A stretch of DNA of 64,000 bases from Zootoca vivipara (lineage: Eukaryota). The notes under the pieces are model-generated. The model did not search any database. It worked only from the letters and a program-made list of their open reading frames with translations, and had not been told where the DNA came from. How positions within the stretch are numbered: position 1 is the first letter of the stretch; each line of letters opens with the position of its first letter. The position numbers and the translations under genes were made by a program. The DNA lies in assembly GCF_963506605.1 (NCBI RefSeq), contig NC_083277.1, positions 82,088,001 to 82,152,000 of the forward strand. Direction: 5' to 3'. Of this stretch, positions 1 through 11,634 are shown one piece after another.

Positions 1-2239
1 ACAAACCTTATGGATTCCGTTTGGTTCATCCTTCCCTTTTTATTCTGGAACTCAAGTTCTCGTGACTTTGATATGCTTTTGGCCTGTGGATTCTTTTATT
101 AATCCCCACTAATCACATGTTCACACCCTTCCTCTAGTTTTCCATTTTTCTTTTCCATCTGACACTTAACATTCCTTGGCTACTGAGCATGCTCAAACCT
201 CATTAGGTTGTTTGTTTTTACACCATGTGTTAGCTGATATTCTGGATGTTTTCCTGTTGCTCTTTGGATATTCGTGGGTCTGTTTTGTATTGTGAACAAG
301 AAAATCCCAAGTAGGGGAAGTGAGTAATTGGTTGTGCATTTGTTTATTGTAAGGGAAGTTTGCTAACAGGATTATAAATACGTTCCGTGTGACTTCTTAA
401 ACTAAGGCAGCAGTCCTGTACCCACTTTCCTTGGAACAAGCCCCATTGAATTCAATGGAATATACTTATGAATAGACCTGCATGCCGCCTTTTACAGGGG
501 GCAATACAGAGTGCATTCAAAGTGTAGGAGTCCCTGAGTCTGTGGTTAATGGGGAGCAATGGTGGTGGCATGCGTGCAGTGATAACAGCTGCCGAAGGAT
601 TCCTAGAATATGCTGTCTTTGCTTTTGATAGTTCCCTGCATGGAGTGCTCATGCCCATTGTCCCCCCAAGATAAGATTCTCAGGAACCTGCCTTACAGTT
701 GTTTGTTTCCAGCCCACCCTTCCTTGGCTGCTAGTGGTGTTGTAGCTTGGTAGGTCATTAGCTGTGGCTCACCGAATGCAGCATGTTATGGGAATCTTTT
801 CTTTATGTTGCACAAGTCCAAGGCACAGGTTTCCGTGGTTGTTCTAGAACTACTACTACTCCTATTTATATACTGCCCTATACTCGCAGGTCTAAGGGTG
901 GTTCACAGAATAAAATCAGAATATAAAACCACAAAATACATAATCAAAATAAAAACAACCCAATAACCTGCCCCCAACACATTTTAAAAGGGCAAAGGGC
1001 TACTAATAGCTCTGTTCCAAGACTTAGGATGGGACATCTCAGGAGGGATAGTGTTATGGGGACAACAGGGAAACATTTCAAGCAGAGTTTCCGACGCAAG
1101 TAAATAAAAATCTAAGTCTGTTAGAGATGGTGTTTTCCTAGCACGTTTGTAGTCTGCAGTAGGTTTCCTCGTTTGTGAGCTCTTCATTTGAGCAATTTGA
1201 TACCGGGAATACTGGGTTTGGTCCCAAGAATCACAAATGGGAGTTTTGCTCAAGCAGCAGAGCTTTCCAGCTCCTTTCTCCACAACTCCTCCTCAAAAAC
1301 CTGCCTGAGTGGTAGGATGGGAGATGGAGAGCGTGTGCATGTAACAGAAAGTGCAAATCTCAAATTCAGGGGAAATGGAAATGCCTTTCCATCACACAAG
1401 CCTCCTGTGGGACCCAACCCAGTTTGGTTCATGGGCAGTGGCCAACACTTTCTCCCATCCGTGTTGCCCTTGCCCTGCTTTCTCTGCAGTTAAAAATTAT
1501 TGGGTGGAGGTGTCCCTATATAACATGATTGTGCTTACCTGTCTTGTGCTAAAGTCTGATCCTTCCCATAGAGGTGGGTTAGTGGAAGAGGCCTCTGCTG
1601 AGTGAGCAAATGCTGCTGTCCATTTAATGCTAGCTTCTATCTTTGTCCACCCCACCAGTATTTTTTCCTCTACCCTGCCAGGAGCAAAATTCTCCAAAAG
1701 CACTGTATTTTCAAGTCATTGAGTTGTATCCAGCTAAGGCTAAGCTATAGGCACAGTAGACCCACTGAACTCTATAGACATGAGTCCTAGTCAGAGAACA
1801 CCCACTGAGATGAATGAATGCAACCCATTGTCTTCCTTTCCACTACCTCCTGCTTGTGTCATTTGAAGATATTAGCTCTACTCACTACTTGTGGCATTTA
1901 GGTAGAGAGAGTTGGAGTAGGTCAGGTGTACCATGAATTCACAAGGTGGTATTGGATAAGGCAGACCTAGTATGCATTATGGGGATAATAGTAACCAACA
2001 TTACAAGGTTCTTGGAAGGATGATGTTGAAAATAATTGAAATATACTGTTTAGGGCTTGCTGCGTGTTAACCATCACATTTATCTGTATGGGCTTGCTAA
2101 GACTTTCTCCTCAACTACTTATTTTCCCCATTAAAGATTGTGTCTGATAAAAAAAACCAACATATTAACTGTTCTAAAGTCTTTTAAGGGCAATTATGCA
2201 TTCACTGCTAACTCAGAATTTCCCCCCTCTCCTTTTCAG

Positions 2240-4560
2240 CACAGAGACATTAATCGCCTGCTGTATTTATGGAACCTCCCTACACTGCCATGAAGAAGGT
2301 CAGCTGGCCAGGCATGATATACAACTGAAATCTAGATTGCAGTGTATACTGGGAGAGAACTTTTTACAAAAACCACCACACCCCTTTTCCTGGGCATCTG
2401 TACTTATTGTAAATTTACTTTGGAATTTGAAGTGTTAGAAATATTTTATAAACTTTTTTTGCAATAAATAAGGCATGAGCCAAGGAGCCTGTTCAAGATG
2501 AACTTGCAAGGAACCACTTGAATTACTAGTATGAAGAATCACAAAGTGTACTCTTACTCTTCAAATGTGATAGTCTGAATAGGCCCCAGCAGTGGAGTCA
2601 AGACCTCTGGAAAGTTGGCTGTAAACTTCTGAACATTTACTTTTGTTCTTACTGTGTGTTATTTCACATCTTAACAGACTTTAGTATTTGGTGCAGGTGT
2701 TAGCAGAGCTGTAACCTATTTCTGGAAGCACGTCCACATTCAGCTGTGGTGTTAGATACTGACAGTCCTGTTTGGAGGCAAAGGTTTTCCCTAGAGATGT
2801 TGATAAGGGCAGCGACAGTGAACATGCAATTCTTGATTAATTATGGCAAATCTTTGCTGTTGTGGGAAATGTTTCTTTGATGGCCACGAAGATCATTCTG
2901 TAAAATGCAGGAATCACTGACAATACACAAATGTCTGTGTGCTCGTGATTCTCTAGCTGTAGCCATCCTAAAGGACAGCTATGGCTAAGATAGGGTAGTA
3001 ACTTGTATCCAAAGTCATGTTTCCTTTCTAGTGAAGGAACATATTGCACATTAAATTAGTCCTGACTTGGTTGTGACTAACTTATTCATAACAGCCCGCT
3101 GTTAGATTGGGGTTTTAGAATTTCTAAAGTTAGTTGGTTTACAAGCCCTCTCCAATAAAACAAGTCTTAACTCTTATCTGCAGGTCTTGAGTATTTAACT
3201 GCCAGATGGTTCCACATTTCAATGGATTTCAACCTAGTTTTCCACAGGATTAAAATCTGCTTTTCATATTACCCAGGTATAAAACCTTAACTTGCATTTA
3301 GTTTATTAACAGCGGATCAGGGTTCCCCAGGAAGCTTGATGGGTTAATCAACACAAGTCAAAATGAATGCACAATCTGATATCAAGTTCTTTTAAAACTA
3401 TGACGATGCCATCTATACAAGAGTTAAGTTTTGTATGGCATTAAGATAACCATCTACAGATTAACAAAAGATCTCTCTTTTCCAAAGTTACCCATACCAG
3501 CAAATACAAGCTGAAGTCTTGGCTTCATAATTTCCATGCATGTTGTAATTATACAAGATTTTCCCTTGGCTTTGACAAATTTATATTTTTAAATAGCATT
3601 CTAAACATGGGAAAGATGTATGAGTTAGTATATTACAATGCAATTCTATATTAAATATTTACTAAAAATGTCTGTGAAAACATTTAAAATTTTATTTATA
3701 GAAACAGTTCATAGCACCTTTTTAAGAGGTTCAACTGTACCAGTTTTCTTAAGAAATTAGAGAGGATGTTTAATGGACAACAAGCAATTGCTTTGCAGTA
3801 GTCTTTCTACAATAGTCAAAGCAAAAGAGAAATAAAGTATACTCTACAATTTTCCAGCAAGATTAGAAACTTATTTGGGCAAGGTAAAAGGTACTGCAGC
3901 GAGTCGGTGCAGTGTAGTTAGACAAAAATAAGCATCCTTTTTATTTAAAAGCAGGGTTGGGTGACTTCACTGGAGAAGGTGCACACACCTTAGGAGGTAA
4001 CCATGGCACAAAATGATAGTTTTGACTCAGGAAAATGGTGTTGGCTGTACAAATAAGGGTACATATCTGGATTGATAATGGGTGGAGCCAGTAGTGCCTG
4101 CATAGACAACATCTTACCATACTTTTAGCCTGTGTTCCTATTCCTTCTCCTTCAAGAGCACAACCACTGCCCATTTTACATCCATAACACTGTACAAAGT
4201 GGTAGAGCTACAGGTTGATGGGCAAAATAAAGACAGCAAGGTTGAAAAATGGACAAAATGGCTAGTTGGTACTTACTCATGAAGAATTGAGAAACTACAG
4301 CCACCTTGTTTTTCACTTTGAAATGATTGTCAGGGAAAAATTGTAGTGGTAGAAGTAATGTATTGCTTTTCACCCTTTTGCTTTAGTTGCTTAATATTTA
4401 AGCTTTGCTCCATGTTACCTTTTTGTCTGTTTGCTATGTCACTATGCCTCCTTCATTTGGTAGACTTGAATGAGGAAAAATGATTCAACTTTTAAGGGTC
4501 ACTTGAAATTAATTGTTCAAGAATGTTGTGTACCATCTATTCAATAAAGCCTTGATTTTT
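2240..4560 (+). other. Probable terminal exon/3' UTR of an upstream plus-strand gene (PWWP2A expected by synteny)
   Basis: Pyrimidine tract plus acceptor (tcccccctctccttttcAG, AG at 2238-2239), followed by AT-rich sequence without obvious repeats; AATAAA at 2463-2468 and 4543-4548. In human, PWWP2A lies tail-to-tail with TTC1. The identity is inference only. Confidence 0.35.
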
Positions 4561-5155
4561 TTTCCTGCACTTTTAAAAAAGATAAACAAGCAGTCGGTTT
4601 TATTAATATACTAAAGCTGCAATCCTAGACATACTCACCTGGACATAACTACAGTAGGCCGCCTGTGTAATTACACATAGGATTGCAGGTTGATAAACAG
4701 CTAACACTGCAATCCTATGTGTGATTACAATGCTTCTACTGCTAGCACAAAAGATTGGGACTTCATTTTAGTGTCCCCTGCTTCTGGAATGTTCCTCTAC
4801 AGCCAGTGCTAACTTTTCAGCACTAAATGAAGAATTTATGACTGTTTTTTAAGTTGCCCCCCCCCCCAAGTTTTTAGTATCATGGTGTTTATATCTGCTT
4901 TCTTTATTTCAAACATAGATTTTTAATATGTTTAGTTAACTACCTTGAAAACTCTTGTGAAAGGTGGGTGGAACATTCTGAAATAAAAACAGAACACACA
5001 CTTGTGCTGCAGGATATTTCCAACCGAATAGGCTACAAGGTTTCTTGCTCCCCCTTGCAGCAGGCTCATTCCGTACCAGGTTTGCAAATCTGCTACTTCA
5101 TTAGCAGCTGTAATACTGCCAACAGCTGAACTGTTGTTTATTATATGGAGAATTA

Positions 5156-6492
5156 CCGTGTTTCCCCTTTTTTAATACGTAGTCAGAGAGTAAGCCATGG
5201 CAGCATTTTTTAGCATTAGTGAAACATAAGACACCCCCCGAAAATAAGGCATACCTCCATGCCGTGTAGAACGAGACCGTCGAGCGCCCCAGCCAGCCAG
5301 CGGGACCCAGCCAGCCAGAGGGGCCTGGAACCGGCTGCTGCTGCAGCAGCGAACGCCTGGAGCGCCCGCGCCAGCAGCCTGGCCTCTCTTTTTTTTGCCT
5401 GCCCGAGGCAGCCTGCCGCCCCGCCACCGGAACCGGCGGCTGCAGAGCAGAGCGCTCCGCAGCGCCGGGCAGAGCGCAGCGGCCTGGCCTCTTTATTATT
5501 ATTTATTTGCCGGCCGCCCCGCCATCGGAACCGGCGGCTGCAGAGCGGAGCGCGGCCAGCGGGGAGGGCTGCGCGTTCCCGTGCGGTGATGGCGGTGCGT
5601 GGACGCGCGGCGGTGGTAGCAGCAGCAGCAATGGCTGCTGTGGATCGGCGGCTGCCGAATTTCGATGACTTCACGGGGCAGAGCTGGAGCGCCTGGGTGG
5701 AGAGGGCCGGGCCGACCGCAGCCGAGACAGGTGAGCGCGCCCGCCCTGCCCGCGGGCCCGGAGGTGGCGGCAGGCGGCGGCGGGAAGCAGGGGACCCTCC
5801 GTCGCCGTTTCTGCTGCCGCCGCCGCCGCCATCAAGCTTCCTCCCTCCCTCCCTCGCCTCCCCTCCTCCTCCCTCGCCCCCTCCCTCACCCCGCCCGCCC
5901 CAAACAAAGGAGCCGCCGGGTCCTAGCGCCGCCTCACTTCCCGCCCGATGGATCCTGCCTTCCTTTTCCTGCCGCTTCGATCGGGTTCCCTAGGATCTCT
6001 CGATCCTCCTGATGGGATCCCCTCTCCCCCAGCCTGATTTCACCGGGGGGATGCTGTGATCAAGTCAGGATCTTTGTCCCACGCGTTTTCCAGCTCCTTA
6101 TGTGCTTCTCGTTCCTACTTTGATCCCTTATTACAGGAGCATGGGTTTTTTTTTTACAGGAGCACAGCGGCCTGGCCTCTTTAATTTTTTTTTTTTTGCC
6201 GGCCGCCCCGCCACCGGAACCGGCGGCTGCAGAGCGGAGCGCTCCGCAGCGCCGAGCGCTCGAAACGCCCAGCAGCACCAGGCGGAGCACTGAGCCAGCA
6301 GCCTGCTGCCTTGGTGCTTGGAACCGGCTGCTGCAGCAGCACCGCACAGAGCGCCCAGCAGCACCCCGAGCCAGCTGCCTGGCCCCTCTGAGGAGGCCTT
6401 AAGGTACAAGACATCCCCTGAAAATAAGACACCGTGGGTTTTTTTGAGTAAAAAAAAGAATAAGACGGTGTCTTAAAAAGGGGGAAACACGG
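5156..6492. mobile_element. Non-autonomous Tc1/mariner-superfamily (Tc2/pogo-like termini) DNA transposon carrying a captured gene fragment
   Basis: TA at 5154-5155 and 6493-6494. ~23-bp TIRs: CCGTGTTTCCCCTTTTTTAATAC versus the right-end reverse complement CCGTGTTTCCCCCTTTTTAAGAC. Subterminal AATAAGACACC-type repeats at both ends. No transposase ORF. Confidence 0.85.
5589..5730 (+). pseudogene. ATXN7L2: Captured copy of ATXN7L2 coding exon 1 inside the transposon
   Basis: Translates MAVRGRAAVVAAAAMAAVDRRLPNFDDFTGQSWSAWVERAGPTAAET(G), matching the recalled human ATXN7L2 N-terminus MAVRERAAAAMAALERRVPSLDDFAGQSWSSWVERADLPAADG. Ends at a phase-1 donor (ACAG|gtgagc). No downstream ATXN7L2 exons were recognised in the window. 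Confidence 0.8.
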
Positions 6493-6905
6493 TAAGTATA
6501 GAGCTTCTTTGCTTGCCTTAGGAGCTTGGACATGATTATCTCAAAGTGGTGCTGGGGTATGAACAAGAAAATGATACTGTAAGTACAGCAGATGCAGTGT
6601 CAAGAACTTGTACCAGCTTTTTTATATATTGATATTGCTACAGGTTGTTATATTTTGTCAACTGCCCCTGTTACTGCCCCCTCAAAAAAAACCACCACCA
6701 CCACCACCCAAGCACTAAATGAATAGAATTATCACGTCCTTGATTCATTTACAAAGATAAACACCAACACAATTGCAGCTTTTGATAGCTGCAATTACCC
6801 AGGCTACTTTATACAGTATACTTACATTTATAGGAATTTGAAAAGCATCAATATGTTCCTTTGAATAAGAAAACATCAAAATGCAGACCACAACACCATC
6901 AATGC

Positions 6906-6911
6906 TTTATT
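6906..6911 (-). terminator. Candidate poly(A) signal of TTC1
   Basis: tttatt on plus = AATAAA on minus, ~410 nt downstream of the TTC1 stop. Confidence 0.6.
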
Positions 6912-7322
6912 ACACTTAGCAAAATTGTCCTCTCTCAATAGAAAGGGATCAGCCCTCTCATTTATGCACATATGCTGGAAACTCCACGAACACACAAAAT
7001 GGTTGTACTTTAGTTACAGGTATGGGAACACTGGATTCTTCTATTTAGCAAAGCCAAACACTCCTCCCCCTTCATCACAAGGGAGGATAACGAGTGCCCA
7101 AATAAAGTGCATCTAAGATGGCAGCGGAAGTCAGACCACTTCACTCTATTCACCCACACCTGTAAAAAGTACCTCATAGAAGAGAAATGCATAAGACTAT
7201 GTTCAAATCTTCATACTTAAAGATGTTAGGCCTTAAAAGTTTTAATTCACCCTCTTTCTGCATTCATTGAAACACCACAATTCCAATGCCACACTTTTTA
7301 CCAGGAGTGGGTTGGGCTTATG

Positions 7323-7459
7323 TTATCGGTTGTTGTTATTTGGATTTTGAACAAAGTTGATAGAGTACGAGCCAGTTGAGGAATCCTGTTTCACCTGGAA
7401 GTTCTCTGTTGATAGGCCAAAAGGACGCAGAACCAAGTTGCCCAGATCCTTCAGTTTGC
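7323..7459 (-). CDS. TTC1: Tetratricopeptide repeat protein 1, last coding exon
   Basis: ttgcAG acceptor; encodes (G)[44 protein letters not shown], near-identical to the human TTC1 C-terminus. Confidence 0.95.
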
Positions 7460-8995
7460 CTGCAATACACACACAAAAAGAAATGTACTTCCCAACATGT
7501 ACAAGAAACTACACAAGGTCAGTAATGAAGCAATGTTCCTTGCTGCTTGAACACTGTCCACAATGAGGAGTTTCAAATGAATTGGCTGCAAGCTTTCCAT
7601 TGTTCAAGAGTGTAACACAGGAATGATTCTGTTCTGTACAGCACCTGCCTCATGACACTTGAGCAACAGTAGATGGCCTGTCATTTGGAAAGATGGGCTC
7701 CACGTGCTTGAAACTTTGCTTAGTCCTCTGTCACATGTTAACTACATTAGTGTTAAGCACTGGGCCTATTCAAAGCTTATCTAGTTTGCATGTATGATCA
7801 TTTTGTCTCCAAAAGTAATTAATCTTTGAGAACAGTGCTTTATTTATAGCTAATAAAATAACTTTCAAACTTCCTAAAAAGTTGTAGTAGCCCTAAAAAC
7901 AAAGTGCTGAAACCAAATGGTTTTTAGGCAGAAGTTACAGAGCAAGTAAAAAAAACAAAAACCTAAATACAGCCTGCCTGAAGACCATGAAATATCAACA
8001 TGAAACTAAACACATGGGTAAGAGATAAGAAAGCAAAGTCTGTGCTGGGTAAGCATGCTATGATCCACATAAAAGCTTGTATAAACTTAGAATTAGTTTG
8101 AATGAGCAGCTCTTGTAGATGCAACTTTTGAAGGAACAGCACAAAACATTTGCCTTCTGTCATATTCAAATGCCAGCTTTACTGCTAAAACTGAAAAAGT
8201 AGTTGTATGGCATTTTGGGATTCAATATTATGTTCAGAAATTTGCTGCCTTTCAACTGCTATGCTACAGATACTAAAGCAAATGTTAGCCTCAGCAGTTG
8301 AAATGTAGGACAGACTAATTCATAGTTCTGTCTGCTTTGCCTTTCATTCCAATAAGCATTATCATCTACTACACCCTATTGCCTCTGATCAGAATTTTAG
8401 ATTATAAATCCACATAATTTCAAAGTGAGCATGCAGCATAGTGTGTAAACATTGGTGTTGAGGCACAGCATCTTACTAAAAAGGAGATTGTGACCAGAAC
8501 CACAAGACCAATCAGGTCCAGGTGAGATGCGCAGACTCCTGGGGGCAGGTATTCTTCACTGACTGCCCTTTCTTCTCACCAGCACAAGAGGGAAGGGAGA
8601 TTCTGCACTCAGTATCTTGCTCAGCTACAAGTCTGGCAGAAATGAACCAGTCAACTGTTTCTCTGATTCTGTATGATGGTCACTGTGCAATCCAGAGGGG
8701 TACTCTCTAATTTGAATCTATTGGGAGTTTGCCTCTCAGAATGTGTCTCCCACACACACCATTACCAACAACCTGCATACCTACTGCAACATTCATGAGC
8801 AACTACCACTGCTTCCCCTGTTGGGCTCAATGAGGCCCAATGCAGACACTACCATCGCAAAAATCTGGGGGGGTGGGTGGTAAAATGATGATCCACACAT
8901 AACTACAACACCCACAGATGTCTAGATCAGAATAAATATTTATACCAATGCATGGAAGCTACCACACAAGCAAGCTGGAAACCAATGCCACTTAC

Positions 8996-9050
8996 CCAAC
9001 ATCTCTTCCTTAAGTTTCTCATTGCGTTCTTCTATTTGTCCTGGCAATCG
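8996..9050 (-). CDS. TTC1: TTC1 coding exon 6
   Basis: 55 nt, RLPGQIEERNEKLKEEML(G), AG/GTAAG boundaries. Confidence 0.93.
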
Positions 9051-9984
9051 CTAAGAAAAAACAAGAGAATCAATTCTTCAAAGTTGGCTTTGACAACCTG
9101 TTTATTTACCCATGACACATACTATGCATGGTTTGATGCACGACTTAGCACAAAAAACACAGGGGACACACTCATGGTCAGAACTCACTGGAGCACTGCA
9201 ATGCTACTGCAATACTACTTTATACGCGAAGAACTACTTCGTAAGTCATTTTATGGTGCAGAAGTGTTTGGTTGAGTAAATGCTGCCAAACTGGAAACCA
9301 TCCAAAATTTCTTTTTGAGATCACTCTTGAACTTCCCACATGGCACTCCCATTGTAACTGTGAGAGTTGAGGTTATTTTCTATACTGTCCACAGTTCACT
9401 GTGCCTTGCTTCTGTACTGGCTGAAATTACAGCACATGCTAGACACAAGGTTGCCCCTAAAAACATTACTTTGGAGCAAATTTCTGATAGATCAACGTTG
9501 GGTCAATACATGTGAAACCCTTATTACTGCACGGTCTGATTGTTGATGTCTTCAGGGTTACAAAGTAGTGTACTGAAAGTTGCAAAGTAGTGTACTAAAA
9601 ATAAAGTCCAAGAGGTGTCACCTCAGAACCAGACAATTTTCATTGTTTTATTACTCCCTGAAATATTATTATGGTCTTCTAGATTACTCTCTTGAATTAT
9701 CTGTTGAAGCAATGAGGAAAGGGTTTACAGCTTTGATATTTTAAGCTATGATCAAACTATGGTTCTAACTAAAAAAGCTTACTGTGGGTCAGTCCTTCCT
9801 TCTTAGAAATTATTTTGGACTTAAATATGGCAATAAAGTAATCTGATCATACTTTTTCCAAGTTTAAAAGTCTGGTATGCTGTCGTCCTGGTAATGCATG
9901 CCTTTACCTTTAAGATTTAATACTTATGTCCAACAGTCACCAGGAGCCATCCACTCCATTATTTGGGGAGGGAAAGAAGCTTAC

Positions 9985-10133
9985 CATACAAGCTTCTCTT
10001 GCTTGATGGATTGATGGGTCTTTTTCCAACAAGTTTTTGTAGTCTTCTAAAGCTTCATCCAGCTTTTCTGTTTTTTCATATAGTTCTGCTCTCCTGAGCA
10101 ATGCCTTGATATAGTTTGGATTTAATTCCAGGG
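9985..10133 (-). CDS. TTC1: TTC1 coding exon 5 (TPR region)
   Basis: 149 nt, (A)LELNPNYIKALLRRAELYEKTEKLDEALEDYKNLLEKDPSIHQAREACM, AG/GTAAG. Confidence 0.95.
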
Positions 10134-10234
10134 CTATAAAACAAAATTAAAGAAATAGCAGAAAAACTGAGCTGGGAAACTTTTTACTTTGAAGCCTAGG
10201 GCATCTCCAGCATGTTCTAGCTGAGCTAGCCTCA

Positions 10235-10455
10235 AGTACTTAAATTGAAAGTACTCAACCTGAAGCGTACTTAACCCGAGGTATGACTGTAATTGGTTCT
10301 GGAAGTCCATACTTAACCTGAAGCGTACTTAACCTGAAGCAAACTTTCTCATTGAAAGTAATGGAAAGTGGATTAATCCGTTCCAGACGGGTCTGCAGAG
10401 TACTTAACTTGAAAGTACTCAACCTGAAGCGTACTTAACCCGAGGTATGTCTGTA
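10235..10455. mobile_element. Tigger/pogo-like MITE remnant with a duplicated terminal end
   Basis: Two copies of ...CCGAGGTATG(A/T)CTG-TA termini, 164 bp apart, with internal ctgaagcgtacttaac repeats. Confidence 0.6.
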
Positions 10456-11597
10456 CACAGCATGATTTCATGCTACACATGCGTGTCCATGGGGATCTTC
10501 AAGGAAAACAAGCAGCAGTCCTGCTCTTGCAGAAGGGGTGAGGCTAGCTGGATGCTCCATCACCCAGGACAATACCTGATGACCAGCTAATCGTTGGCAC
10601 TTTGCAGGCTGTGCCTTTGCCTGTATGGTCTGATTTCAAGCCATGCTGGCAAAAATGGGTCGCCTGCCATCTTAAGACACCAGTTAATTAATAGGTGGGC
10701 AGCATCCACCCGTCTATCAAATTTAGCCTGCAGGGGTCAGCCAAATGCAGCTCCCCAACCCCACTTTAAATAAATGTTTCTCATTCCATGGGTCAGGAAC
10801 CACCTGTGGGTCTTAATTTGCTTTCAAGTGGGTCTCAATTCCACAAGCTACCCAGTCTCTCTGCCTCAGATCTCTGTCCATGTGACAGCTCTTTGGCTAG
10901 ACCAATGCCAGCGCCAGCTGAATGAAGGTGGTCGGAAGACCACTGGAAACCCCTCCAGTGGCAGGGGAGGGGGGAGTCTCCTTCTAAGAGGAAAGGGCTA
11001 GAAAACTAGAAAGATATTTAAGAAAAAAATAACAAATTTGGAATAAGAAGACAGAGGGTAAGAGAAGAATGTTGTTCTAGGAAGAAGGAGGACATGTAAA
11101 AGGAGCAGGGGGGAGGAATGAAAGAAACCGGCCATTTTAGGGGTGATAAAGTACAAGTGTGAAAGGAGGACAGAAGAAATCACACGACATGAATAAAAAC
11201 ATTCTGAGATACATATTGGGCAGGGAGGCTGAATATAAAAGCTTCACATAAAAAGCCTCCAGATAATAAACTTTTACCTAAACTAAAAATGAGAATGCTG
11301 GATCACAATAGTTCCAGAAGCAAAATCTGTATTTAGCTAGTGGAAAACTAAATTATGGAACTCCACAGAAAATTGCTATGACAAAGAACACAGCAACTTC
11401 CAAAGAAAGATTATATGTCAACAAAAAAACTGTCAGTAACTGCCGGCTGATTAGAGCAAATTTCACCTAAATCACCCCACTGGTGGGGTGCCTCTCAAGT
11501 AGGCCTTGGGGTATAAAGTTTAAGAATCCCTGCTCTAGATAACAGTCTTACCAAGACAACATGTTTTCGACAGAGCACAAGAACAGGAAAACAATAC

Positions 11598-11634
11598 CTT
11601 TGCTGCAGTCACTTATGGCAATTTCCCTCTTGTC
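11598..11634 (-). CDS. TTC1: TTC1 coding exon 4
   Basis: 37 nt, DKREIAISDCSK(A), AG/GT, in phase with neighbouring exons. Confidence 0.92.

Noticed and set aside
5259-5993. 244-aa ORF as a genuine gene or the real ATXN7L2 locus
   Set aside because: Only 5589-5730 resembles a known protein. The rest is GC-rich read-through inside a TIR-bounded element, and no further ATXN7L2 exons are recognisable.
10235-10455. CRISPR-like repeat array
   Set aside because: Eukaryotic intron; the repeats are irregular MITE subterminal motifs without unique spacers or cas genes.
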